Made by a program: the position numbers and the translations under genes. The notes beneath the pieces are model-generated. The model did no database searches. It was not told the DNA's origin and saw only the letters and a program-made list of their open reading frames with translations. Shown here piece after piece: positions 39,827 through 48,503 of a DNA stretch of 64,000 bases. Numbering within the stretch: the stretch's first letter is position 1; each line of letters begins with the position of its first letter. The DNA is taken from positions 21,828 through 85,827 of the forward strand of contig JBGTBN010000020.1 of NCBI GenBank assembly GCA_041749375.1. Reading direction: 5' to 3'. This stretch comes from Spirochaetota bacterium. GTDB lineage: Bacteria > Spirochaetota > UBA4802 > UBA5550.

Positions 39827-40837
39827 TCAGCGGAGCCCTGCCGGTATCCCCGACTCGCAGGGCACCCCTACCGAGCAGAGGCCGCACCCGTATATGAAGA
39901 TATGATACTGTTTATTGCAGTGCCTGAGAGAGCGTGCGACCCGCCGGTAGCACGCTTCCTTGTCATGGGCCCGCTCGGCGGATATGGCCCCCACGGGACA
40001 GCGCCCGGCGCACTTCAGGCATTCCCGTCCCTGGTAGTGCAGGCAGTAGGCGTGGATGTCGCCGGGCCTCGCACGGTCCGGTTCCAGGGGCAGGTGCACC
40101 ACGAAGCTGCCGCACCGGTGCGCGCACCCCTTCTCCGTGATGAAAAAGTCGTGCATGCCGAACGTACCCAGGCCGGCGGCGTACGCAACATGGCGGTGCG
40201 ACCAGGGCGATGCCCAGCCGACGCCCGGGTACCGCTTCTTGTTGAACATCGGGGTGACGTCCGGCGCCACGGCAAGCACGCCCCGCTCCATGAGGTGTGT
40301 TACGAAATCCCGGACCATGACCTGGCTGAAGATCTCGCCGTTCAGCCTGGTCTGGGCCCAGCGCTCCGACGCCCACTCTTTCCCTGCCGCGTTCTCGCGA
40401 CGCGTTTCCATTGTTATGGGGAGTATGAACGATACCACCGATAACTCGGACGCCGGGGGCGGCGCGACACCGTTTTGCTGCGCCTGCCATGCCATGATCT
40501 CTTCAGGGGTGAAATGATGGGGGCCTATGATCTTCTTGAACTCCGTGAAGAGCGGGTCGTCGCCCCTGACGAACCCCACCAGCGGCCCGTCGAACAGCCT
40601 CTCGCCGGAAAAGGGATACTCCATGGTATTGCCGGGGTGAGAGGCGACCGCGCCGGTAATGGTGTCGGCGAACCACCGCTCGTTGAACGAGTCCCGACCG
40701 GGAGCGCCCGGCAGCCGCAGGCGCGGCTGCGCCGGAAAACCAACCCCCCGCATCTCGCCAAGCGCGTTCATGATGCCGCCGATGTCGGTGATCGTCGAAA
40801 GGACCCGGTAGCGGTCCTTCATTTTACGGTGCTTCAC
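39827..40837 (-). CDS. 4Fe-4S dicluster protein, epoxyqueuosine reductase (QueG)/reductive-dehalogenase-like
   Basis: two C-x2-C-x2/3-C-x3-CP ferredoxin motifs at C-terminus. Confidence 0.45.
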   Translation of the reverse strand: MKHRKMKDRYRVLSTITDIGGIMNALGEMRGVGFPAQPRLRLPGAPGRDSFNERWFADTITGAVASHPGNTMEYPFSGERLFDGPLVGFVRGDDPLFTEFKKIIGPHHFTPEEIMAWQAQQNGVAPPPASELSVVSFILPITMETRRENAAGKEWASERWAQTRLNGEIFSQVMVRDFVTHLMERGVLAVAPDVTPMFNKKRYPGVGWASPWSHRHVAYAAGLGTFGMHDFFITEKGCAHRCGSFVVHLPLEPDRARPGDIHAYCLHYQGRECLKCAGRCPVGAISAERAHDKEACYRRVARSLRHCNKQYHIFIYGCGLCSVGVPCESGIPAGLR

Positions 40838-40947
40838 GGCCTCTCTCCCAGCGGCGTTTCCGACCGGTCCGGCGCCTCACGGCACGGGCCGACGGTATAC
40901 ACCTACACCGTGAAGCCGGTCCTGTCAATACTTTCGCGGACCGGGGG

Positions 40948-41766
40948 CTAGATCACGATCAGGAACCTGCCGCAGTGGTTGCACACGGCGATGTTCTTCG
41001 ATTCGCGCACCTGGGCCAGGTAATAAGGGGCCAGGTCCATGTGGCACCCGGCGCAGGCGTTCCGGTCGAGTATCGAGAACGGGTTCAGGGAGCGTTTCCT
41101 CATCTTCTCATAATAGGCGAGGGACTTGCGGTCAATGATCTTGCGCAGGTCATTTATCTTGCTCTGGATCAGCTCGGACTGGTCGCCCTCGTCGTAGAGC
41201 TGGTTCAGACGGTCCAGGCGGATCAGCAGGTCCAGGTTGACCGAAGGAACGTTTGTAAGGTTGTCGCTCGGGTCAGAGCCCGGCCTGTTCTTTTCCGTCA
41301 GCCCCGCGAAATAGAGGTCGCTGTATTTCTTGAGCAACGAATAGGCCGAGGGCCTGGTCTTTGCCGCATCGAAGGCGTCTCTCCGCTCCCCGTCTGAGAA
41401 TATCCACGCCATCATACCCACCAGGTAGAGGTACTTGGTGCTCTGCTCTGTAGGTACGATGTTGAGAAGCAGGTACCGGACCGGGAGTCCGTCATGCGAG
41501 TGGTAATCGATACCCTTCCGCGCGATCGCGAAGATCGACTTCAACTCATTCACCGAATCGGTCCTGATATGGGGTATCGCGAGCCCCTTGCCGATCCCGG
41601 TATTGTCCAGCGACTCGCGGTGCATGATCTGCGCGTAGATCCGCGATGCATCCTCGATCTCCTTCATCTCCTCGAGCCGGGTCAGCAGCTCCTTGATGAC
41701 GAGCTGTTTCTCGCCGGCCTCCGCGTACACCACGTGGTCCTTGGGGATAAAATGTTCAATCTGCAT
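40948..41766 (-). CDS. PTS EIIA(Ntr)-like domain fused to C4 zinc-ribbon domain
   Basis: GLAIPHIRTD EIIA-2 phosphorylation-site motif; C-terminal CAGCH...CNHCG. Confidence 0.55.
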   Translation of the reverse strand: MQIEHFIPKDHVVYAEAGEKQLVIKELLTRLEEMKEIEDASRIYAQIMHRESLDNTGIGKGLAIPHIRTDSVNELKSIFAIARKGIDYHSHDGLPVRYLLLNIVPTEQSTKYLYLVGMMAWIFSDGERRDAFDAAKTRPSAYSLLKKYSDLYFAGLTEKNRPGSDPSDNLTNVPSVNLDLLIRLDRLNQLYDEGDQSELIQSKINDLRKIIDRKSLAYYEKMRKRSLNPFSILDRNACAGCHMDLAPYYLAQVRESKNIAVCNHCGRFLIVI

Positions 41767-42167
41767 TATAACGCCTCTCGTGTAAAAATAATTTCTTCGT
41801 CGCGGCGCCGCACACTTCACGCCCGGGCGCCATGGATTGTTCGGGCAATCGCCCCGCATGCCGCCGGCTCCCCTCTCAGCGCCCGCAGCGCAGACGATAC
41901 CGGGATTGATTGTGAGCGGCGAAAAGAAATACGGCCGCTCCGGCAGAAGACCGTACCGGCCGGAAACCGGGACTCGGTTACAAAACGAACCTATCCTGAA
42001 ATATGTCAATGAACATGCGGAAATCCCGGAAAAAATTTACTTGAAAAAGGCGACATTCCGTGAATAATGACTTGTCAAACGGCATATGCCGCACTGAATA
42101 TACCGGAACAGCGCTCGGAGCGCCGATTTCATCATCACAGACCCGGCAAAGAAGACAAGAAAAGACC

Positions 42168-42533
42168 ATGGCACGAAACGGAAAACTGGCGGAAGACAAT
42201 ATCGTTAACAGCATCATCGGAGAAGGGTCCGATTTCAAGGGAGAGTTCAAAATCAACGGGCTCCTGCGAATCGACGGGCACTTCCAGGGCACCATAGAGA
42301 CCGACGGCAAGGTGCTCATCGGACAATCCGGCGAGGCGGTCACCGACATCAAGGCGCGGCTGGTGGTCGTGGGCGGAAATGTTCGTGGCAACATTTTCGC
42401 CACTGAAAGGGTCATATTCCTGTCAACGGGCATTATAAACGGGAACATCATCACGCCCAGCCTCATTATGGAGGAAGGCGTACGGTTCGAGGGCAATTGC
42501 ACCATCAACAAACGACCGGATGAAGCATCATGA
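42168..42533 (+). CDS. bactofilin
   Basis: repetitive beta-helix G.....G....G pattern typical of bactofilin/CcmA. Confidence 0.8.
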   Translation: MARNGKLAEDNIVNSIIGEGSDFKGEFKINGLLRIDGHFQGTIETDGKVLIGQSGEAVTDIKARLVVVGGNVRGNIFATERVIFLSTGIINGNIITPSLIMEEGVRFEGNCTINKRPDEAS

Positions 42534-42979
42534 TAGAGATTACCGGGCCCAGGGGCAGAAAGGACGAGCAGGAAAAGATCACCAAGAAGGGCAAGCTGGC
42601 CGCGGTCAAGCATAGCGGAAAGACTTTTTCGTCCGAACTGCAAAAAACACTGGCCGACGAGTTCGAGGGCCCGATCGACAAGCTGATGCAGGACCTGAAG
42701 GACCAGGAAAAGCGCTTTCTTGACAAGCAGTCCGAGCATGAGATGAGCAGGTACAAGGCGCTGGTGCAGAAGATCCTGAAGTCGATCCTTGACGAGGAGG
42801 GCGTGCATGAGCGAACCCTCAAGCGCAAAAAAAAGAACTGGGGCGACTTCATCGTAATTGACAGGATAAACGAAAAGCTGCTGGAGCTGACCAACGCCAT
42901 AACGAAGCAGAACAAGGCCTTTGATCTCCTGAAAACAATGGAAGAAATCCGCGGGCTTATACTGGACTTGGTGTATTGA
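42530..42979 (+). CDS. DUF327 (YaaR-like) family protein
   Basis: size and charge pattern; overlaps bactofilin stop (ATGA). Confidence 0.45.
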   Translation: MIEITGPRGRKDEQEKITKKGKLAAVKHSGKTFSSELQKTLADEFEGPIDKLMQDLKDQEKRFLDKQSEHEMSRYKALVQKILKSILDEEGVHERTLKRKKKNWGDFIVIDRINEKLLELTNAITKQNKAFDLLKTMEEIRGLILDLVY

Positions 42980-42980
42980 T

Positions 42981-43004
42981 AAGTCCGCAAACGTTTGCGG
43001 ACTT
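42981..43004 (+). terminator. perfect 24-bp palindrome AAGTCCGCAAAC/GTTTGCGGACTT immediately after DUF327 stop
   Basis: read directly; followed by ATTTGTG. Confidence 0.55.
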
Positions 43005-43388
43005 ATTTGTGCGCCGCCCGGCGCAGGAGAGTGACCGGGAGGCCGGCCTTCCGGCATCCTGCCGCGGCCGGCATTCGCAACATCCATGTCGGGAACATCC
43101 ATTCTTTTTTTGCACTCGCGACGCCGGGCATCCGGCTACTGGCCTCGAAAGAGTCGGGACTGAAACATGGAGGTCGAAGTCCCGACGAGCGGCAGTAAGC
43201 CGCGACAATCGGGACTTTACCGCGGCTATTCCAGGATAAAGAAAGGGCCGTGACGGTTACCATCCGCTATCTCCTCGTATAATTTTCTTGCTATATACTC
43301 TAACAGCTGCTGTACTATAATTCTTTGCTCATTTCTTGCTCAATTGCTTATTTTTTCGCGGTGCGTGACCCTTCGAGAGGCCCAGGAC

Positions 43389-43450
43389 AAGAATTTAAGC
43401 CCCCTGTCCAGCGTTTTTTCCTTGAATGTTACTGAACGATCTCCCATACT
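43389..43450 (+). promoter_or_regulatory. conserved promoter-like element copy C (AAGCCCCCTGTCCAGCG, T-run, TTGAAT, 17 nt, CATACT)
   Basis: about 215 nt upstream of DUF2254 gene. Confidence 0.5.
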
Positions 43451-43666
43451 TGCTTCACAAAATGTCCAATGTGTCCCGTTAGATTGTAGTGACGAGGTCG
43501 CACTTTACTAGTTATTTACAAGGCATTCAGTCACATAGGCCTAATCTAAAGAGGGAACAGTTTTCCGAATATTTAAAATAATTCATAACAACCGGAAAAA
43601 CTACGCAGATCCTGAGTCGGCACATTCGGCCCTGCAGGACATGCGAATGAATGAGATGGCTTCAAT

Positions 43667-45013
43667 ATGAGAGTGCAGGTCTTCAAAGCATGGGACCGTG
43701 TTCGTTCCAGTTTCTGGTTTCTCCCGGCAGTCATGGCCGGCGGGGCTATGGTGCTGGCTTTCGTGACCGTTGCCCTGGATACGTCGGTGACGGACTGGTT
43801 GACGCATAACTGGGGTTTGTCTTTCAATGGTGGAGCGGAAGGGGCGAGTTCCTTGCTGGGGGCCATCGCCGGATCAATGATCACCATCGCCGGTGTGGTC
43901 TTCTCAATGACCCTGGTCGCACTGTCGCTTGCATCGTCACAGCTCGGGCCCCGCCTGCTCCGCAATTTCATGCGCAACACCCCGACACAGATGGTTCTCG
44001 GCACGTTCGTCGCTACCTTCCTGTACTGCCTGCTCGTCCTGCGCACCGTCCGCCGCGCTGAGGAGATCGTATTCGTCCCCCACCTGTCTGTCACCCTCGG
44101 TGTGCTGCTCGCGGTGGTGAGCGTGGGGGTGTTGATCTTTTTTATCCATCACGTGTCCACTTATATCCAGGCCAACGAGATTGTGGCGCGAGTCGGAACG
44201 GAGTTGATTGAGGGAATAGAGCGACTGTTTCCGGAAAACATAGGACGGGGATCACAACGAATTTCGACGGAGCCACCCGACACAGACTTCCTCGACACCT
44301 TCGATCGGGAAGCGCGTCCGATAGGATCTGACGGAGACGGCTATCTACAGTTCGTCGATGGGGACGCTTTGATGGCGTTGGCCATGCAAGAGGATGTTGT
44401 TATTCAACTGGTGCGGCGACCCGGCCACTATGTCGTTGACTCGCGCCCGCTGGCGCTGGTCTGGCCAGGACACAGGGTAACCGACCAGATGATGGAGCGC
44501 GTCAATTCCGCGTTCGTCCTGGGGAACCAGCGTACGTCCGGCCAGGACATTGAGTTCGCGGTCAACCAGCTTGTCGAAATCGCGATACGAGCGCTCTCCC
44601 CCGGGGTGAATGACCCATTCACGGCAATGACGTGTGTGGACCACTTGGGTTCGGCACTGTGCCGTCTGGCTCAACGAGACATGCCGTCGCCTTACCGACA
44701 TGACAGCCGGGATCAGCTTCGGGTCATTACGCCTGTCTTCACATTCCCGGACGTCACAGATGCGGCATTCAACCAGATCAGGCAATATGGCCGATCCAGC
44801 ACAGCGGTGACCATCCGTCTGCTGGAAACGATTGCCGTGGTCGCGGGATCCGTACATCGCTCAGAGGACCGCGCTGCGCTGTTGCGGCACGCCAGAATGA
44901 TCGCCCGCGGGGCAGGCAGCGGGTTGCCGGAAGACGAGGACCGCCAGGAGGTGGAAGAACGCTTTCAAACAGCGAACCAATTATTGAGCGAGCCGCCAGA
45001 TTCTAACCGATGA
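43667..45013 (+). CDS. DUF2254 domain membrane protein
   Basis: N-terminal TM helices; SPGVNDPFTA signature region. Confidence 0.7.
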   Translation: MRVQVFKAWDRVRSSFWFLPAVMAGGAMVLAFVTVALDTSVTDWLTHNWGLSFNGGAEGASSLLGAIAGSMITIAGVVFSMTLVALSLASSQLGPRLLRNFMRNTPTQMVLGTFVATFLYCLLVLRTVRRAEEIVFVPHLSVTLGVLLAVVSVGVLIFFIHHVSTYIQANEIVARVGTELIEGIERLFPENIGRGSQRISTEPPDTDFLDTFDREARPIGSDGDGYLQFVDGDALMALAMQEDVVIQLVRRPGHYVVDSRPLALVWPGHRVTDQMMERVNSAFVLGNQRTSGQDIEFAVNQLVEIAIRALSPGVNDPFTAMTCVDHLGSALCRLAQRDMPSPYRHDSRDQLRVITPVFTFPDVTDAAFNQIRQYGRSSTAVTIRLLETIAVVAGSVHRSEDRAALLRHARMIARGAGSGLPEDEDRQEVEERFQTANQLLSEPPDSNR

Positions 45014-45181
45014 AATGCATCTTTGCAGCCAGCACAATAGAAAATTAGACGAACCATTTTCCTGTTGCGGAAGCAAGAATCCGCGCCGCACAGTTCGAGC
45101 GTTGGGTAGGAAACGGGAATCAGCGGTAGGTTCTCCCAAACTTGCTTCAAATAATATCCATTCAGCCACATTGGCCTTAAC

Positions 45182-46522
45182 TTATGAGGGTGCTTTTCCC
45201 TGTGTATTTGTATTAATCGGTATCTCAAACACAAACTCGGCCCATTTCCCCTCTTCTGAATCGGCCCAGATTTTTCCCCCGTGGAGCTGGATGATTTTCC
45301 ACGAGGAATACAAGCCGATGCCGGTACCCTTGCGCATGAGGAGCTCGCTTTTCTGGATGCGTGAAAATTTTCTGAAAAGCAATTTTTTGTCTTCCACTGA
45401 AAAGCCGGGCCCCTCGTTCCAGACAGAGCAGCGCAAACGGCTGTTATTGATTTCTGCTGTTATGCGAATAGCGCCGCTCCTGTTCCCGTATTTGACCGCA
45501 TTGCTTAATAAATTATTCACAACGATTTTAAGAAGGGACGGGTCGGCCATAAGCGGCGGCATATCATCGGGTATCTCCATTGAAAGGGTCATGGCATTTG
45601 CGGCAACCAGGGGATTGATGATCTCGATTGATCCCTTGACGATATCGCTTTTGAATATGATCTCTTTTTTCTTCAGGGACACCTGTGCATTTTCAAATTG
45701 CGAGAGTGTCAGGTACTGGTTGGTGACATCCTTGCAGTATTCCGCTTTCTTTATCATGCGGTCGACATACCCTTTAATTTTGTCATCAACCGTTCCGAAG
45801 TACCCGCCTACGAGGGTGTTGCCGATGGAAATGATCGAGTCCAGCGGGCTCTTGAATTCATGGCTGATGAAGCCGAGCATGTCCATGTATGCATTGATCG
45901 TGTTTGAGAGCTGATCGATGCGGTATGCCTTTTCCACTGCCTGGCTCAGCCGTTCGGATATCGCGAGTTGGATTTTCAGTTCCCGTTCAGCATAGGCCGA
46001 TTTTTTTTTGCTGCTGAAAAAAAGGAGGCCGACAGGGCGGTCATCGACGCGGAGAGGGCAGGTCATGCTCGATTGGATGCTCTCTTTTATGAGAAGCATT
46101 GTTGATTCGCTTCCCTGGTGTGTCTCGCCGTAGGCGATGAGATCATTGATGATACGGGGGGTCTCTGAATTGAATATCTGCTGGAGCGAACTGCCGCTCA
46201 GTTCGGCTGAATATCCCCTGGAAAGTAATAGCGGCTCGTAATTTGATATGACATACGAAAGGACCATGCGTGTTCCTCCTTCCTCGAGGAACGAAACGCC
46301 GATTCTGTCGCACGGGATAAGTATTTGAATGTTGGCAAAAAGAAAACCGAGAATATCATCGAGAGAATTGCCCGAGGAGATTTTTTGATTGATGAATTCA
46401 AGAAGGGCATCCTCTTCGGATGACATCCCTTCCGGTGCCCGGTTGATTTCATTTTTGGTGTAGTAAACCAGGGGGTTACTGGACATTTTCATCCTCGAGA
46501 GATGTTTGGTATTACCAGGCAC
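45182..46522 (-). CDS. GAF-domain sensor histidine kinase (orphan)
   Basis: HisKA H-box HEFKSPL, HATPase N/G boxes; no adjacent response regulator. Confidence 0.8.
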   Translation of the reverse strand: MPGNTKHLSRMKMSSNPLVYYTKNEINRAPEGMSSEEDALLEFINQKISSGNSLDDILGFLFANIQILIPCDRIGVSFLEEGGTRMVLSYVISNYEPLLLSRGYSAELSGSSLQQIFNSETPRIINDLIAYGETHQGSESTMLLIKESIQSSMTCPLRVDDRPVGLLFFSSKKKSAYAERELKIQLAISERLSQAVEKAYRIDQLSNTINAYMDMLGFISHEFKSPLDSIISIGNTLVGGYFGTVDDKIKGYVDRMIKKAEYCKDVTNQYLTLSQFENAQVSLKKKEIIFKSDIVKGSIEIINPLVAANAMTLSMEIPDDMPPLMADPSLLKIVVNNLLSNAVKYGNRSGAIRITAEINNSRLRCSVWNEGPGFSVEDKKLLFRKFSRIQKSELLMRKGTGIGLYSSWKIIQLHGGKIWADSEEGKWAEFVFEIPINTNTQGKAPS

Positions 46523-46549
46523 ATATGGTTAAACCTCGTTTAAATATTT

Positions 46550-46612
46550 AAAATTTCAAGCCCCCTGTCCAGCGTTTTTTATGTTGAAAATACTCATCAT
46601 CCCCCCCACACT
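46550..46612 (+). promoter_or_regulatory. conserved promoter-like element copy D (-10 CACACT ends 6 nt before holB ATG)
   Basis: AAGCCCCCTGTCCAGCG, T-run, TTGAAA, 17 nt, CACACT. Confidence 0.5.
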
Positions 46613-46618
46613 GGCACC

Positions 46619-47617
46619 ATGAATACAAAAGGCATAATCGGACACTCGCGTCAGTTGAAGGTGCTGTCGCATCTCCTGAAGAACGGCAACACGCCCCACT
46701 CCATGCTCTTTTCCGGCAAGAGCGGGATAGGCAAGAAGCTCATCGCCCGGCGGTTCCTGGCCGCGCTTTACTGCGGCGCCGGCGACCCGCCCTGCGGCGC
46801 CTGCCCCTCCTGCCTCCAGGCGGCGGGCGGCACGCACCCGGACATCATCGAACTGCTTCCGGACGAGAAGGGAAACATCCCCATCGGCGACGCGGAGCGA
46901 AGCGAGCCGGGCTCGGTCCGCTGGCTCATCGACCGCCTTTCGAAGAAATCGGTCTCGGGCGGATACGGGGTGCTGATCGACTGCGCCGAGGTACTGCGGG
47001 CCGACGGGCAGAACGCCCTGCTCAAGACCATCGAAGAGCCGCAGGCCGGCTCGCACATCATCATCATAACCTCGAACAAGTCGCTCATCCTCCCGACGAT
47101 ACTCTCCCGCTCGCTTGACCTGACCTTCAGCCCGCTCGGCGCGGAAGAGGTAAAGGAGGTGCTGGCCGCCGAAGGGGCGGTCGGCGACCCGGACCTTGCG
47201 GCCGCCCTCTCGGGCGGCTCGCTGGAGACAGCGCTCGCGCTTTCGGACAAGGCGGTGCTGTCCGGCGTGCGGGAGATCTGCGGCGAGATATCGTCATATC
47301 TTTCCCGCGGGGAGACCCTGCGACTGGACCTCGCCGCGCTCCAGAAAAAGCTCGGCATGGACCAGCTCCTCTCGATCCTCCTGACCGTGTACCGGGCGCT
47401 CCTGATGCCCCGTTTCGGCGGCGAGCCCGTCCACCCGTTCCTGGCGGAATACGACGTGCAGGACCAGCAAAAGTTAACGCAATTAATAAAAATTCTGCTT
47501 GCCCTCAGAAAAGGACTCGCAAATAATCTAAACATCCGTAATGCATTGAAAGGCATGCTTTACGCTATTGACGGCATGGACAGGTACGGTCTCCCCGCAC
47601 CGGACAGGGCCGATTGA
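46619..47617 (+). CDS. holB: DNA polymerase III subunit delta-prime
   Basis: Walker A GKSGIGKK, zinc module C-x2-C-x3-C-x2-C typical of HolB/DnaX family. Confidence 0.85.
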   Translation: MNTKGIIGHSRQLKVLSHLLKNGNTPHSMLFSGKSGIGKKLIARRFLAALYCGAGDPPCGACPSCLQAAGGTHPDIIELLPDEKGNIPIGDAERSEPGSVRWLIDRLSKKSVSGGYGVLIDCAEVLRADGQNALLKTIEEPQAGSHIIIITSNKSLILPTILSRSLDLTFSPLGAEEVKEVLAAEGAVGDPDLAAALSGGSLETALALSDKAVLSGVREICGEISSYLSRGETLRLDLAALQKKLGMDQLLSILLTVYRALLMPRFGGEPVHPFLAEYDVQDQQKLTQLIKILLALRKGLANNLNIRNALKGMLYAIDGMDRYGLPAPDRAD

Positions 47618-47627
47618 GGAATATACA

Positions 47628-48503
47628 ATGGAAATATCTACGGTCAGGATGCGAAACAGCTACCAGATAAATTACGTCGATACAAACAACCTCTTCGTGA
47701 CGCAGAACGCGTTCTGCGTCATCGAGACGGAGCACGGGCTTGACGTCGGCCACGTGTTCAAGTGCCGCAAGTGCTGCGGCGGCACCCCGTCCGAGGTCAA
47801 GGGAAAGCTCCTCCGCCTTGCGACGCCGGAAGACCTGAAGCACATCCCGGAGATCGAAGCCATCGAGAAGAACGCGTTCGCGAAGTGCCGGGAGAAGGCG
47901 AAAGCCAAGAACCTGGACATGAAGCTCATCTCGGTCAAGTGCCTCTTCGACCGGACCAAGATCATCTTCTACTTCGTCGCGGAGAACCGGATCGACTTCC
48001 GCGAGCTGGTGCGCGAGCTCGCATCGATTTTCCGCACCAGGATCGAGATGCGGCAGATAGGCGTGCGGGACGAGGCGCGGCTCGTCGGCGGGTACGGCCC
48101 CTGCGGCAAGCAGCTCTGCTGCGTTCACCAGAGCGACGACTTCGAGCCCGTGTCCATCAAGATGGCGAAGGAGCAGAGCCTCAACCTGAACTCGCTTAAG
48201 ATATCGGGTATGTGCGGCCGGCTCCTCTGCTGCCTGGGATACGAGTACAAGCTGTACAAGGAGATAAACGACGGGATGCCCGACATGGGCACCGAGGTAC
48301 GCGCGGGCGATATAACCTACTTCGTCGCCGGCATGGACACCCTCAAGGAGAGCATCCGGCTCCGGAACAGGGACCGGAGCATCGAGGTTAAAAAGGACGA
48401 CCTCGAAATGAAGGACGGCAAGTATTACCTGAACAGGGACGTCGTGGCACGCATCGAGAAAGCCGAGGAGGAAACGGCCGAAGAGGATTCATATACATTA
48501 TGA
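47628..48503 (+). CDS. PSP1 C-terminal domain protein (YaaT/RicT-like)
   Basis: PSP1 domain; conserved position after holB as in Firmicutes. Confidence 0.8.
   Translation: MEISTVRMRNSYQINYVDTNNLFVTQNAFCVIETEHGLDVGHVFKCRKCCGGTPSEVKGKLLRLATPEDLKHIPEIEAIEKNAFAKCREKAKAKNLDMKLISVKCLFDRTKIIFYFVAENRIDFRELVRELASIFRTRIEMRQIGVRDEARLVGGYGPCGKQLCCVHQSDDFEPVSIKMAKEQSLNLNSLKISGMCGRLLCCLGYEYKLYKEINDGMPDMGTEVRAGDITYFVAGMDTLKESIRLRNRDRSIEVKKDDLEMKDGKYYLNRDVVARIEKAEEETAEEDSYTL

Noticed and set aside
43100-43270. tRNA-like or known riboswitch assignment for the structured block before the DUF2254 gene
   Set aside because: GGTCGAAGTCCC superficially resembles a T-arm but no acceptor or anticodon arms could be built; no match to common riboswitch cores (TPP CUGAGA, cobalamin GCCACUG, fluoride, c-di-GMP) by eye. 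Left as unexplained structure rather than a named RNA.
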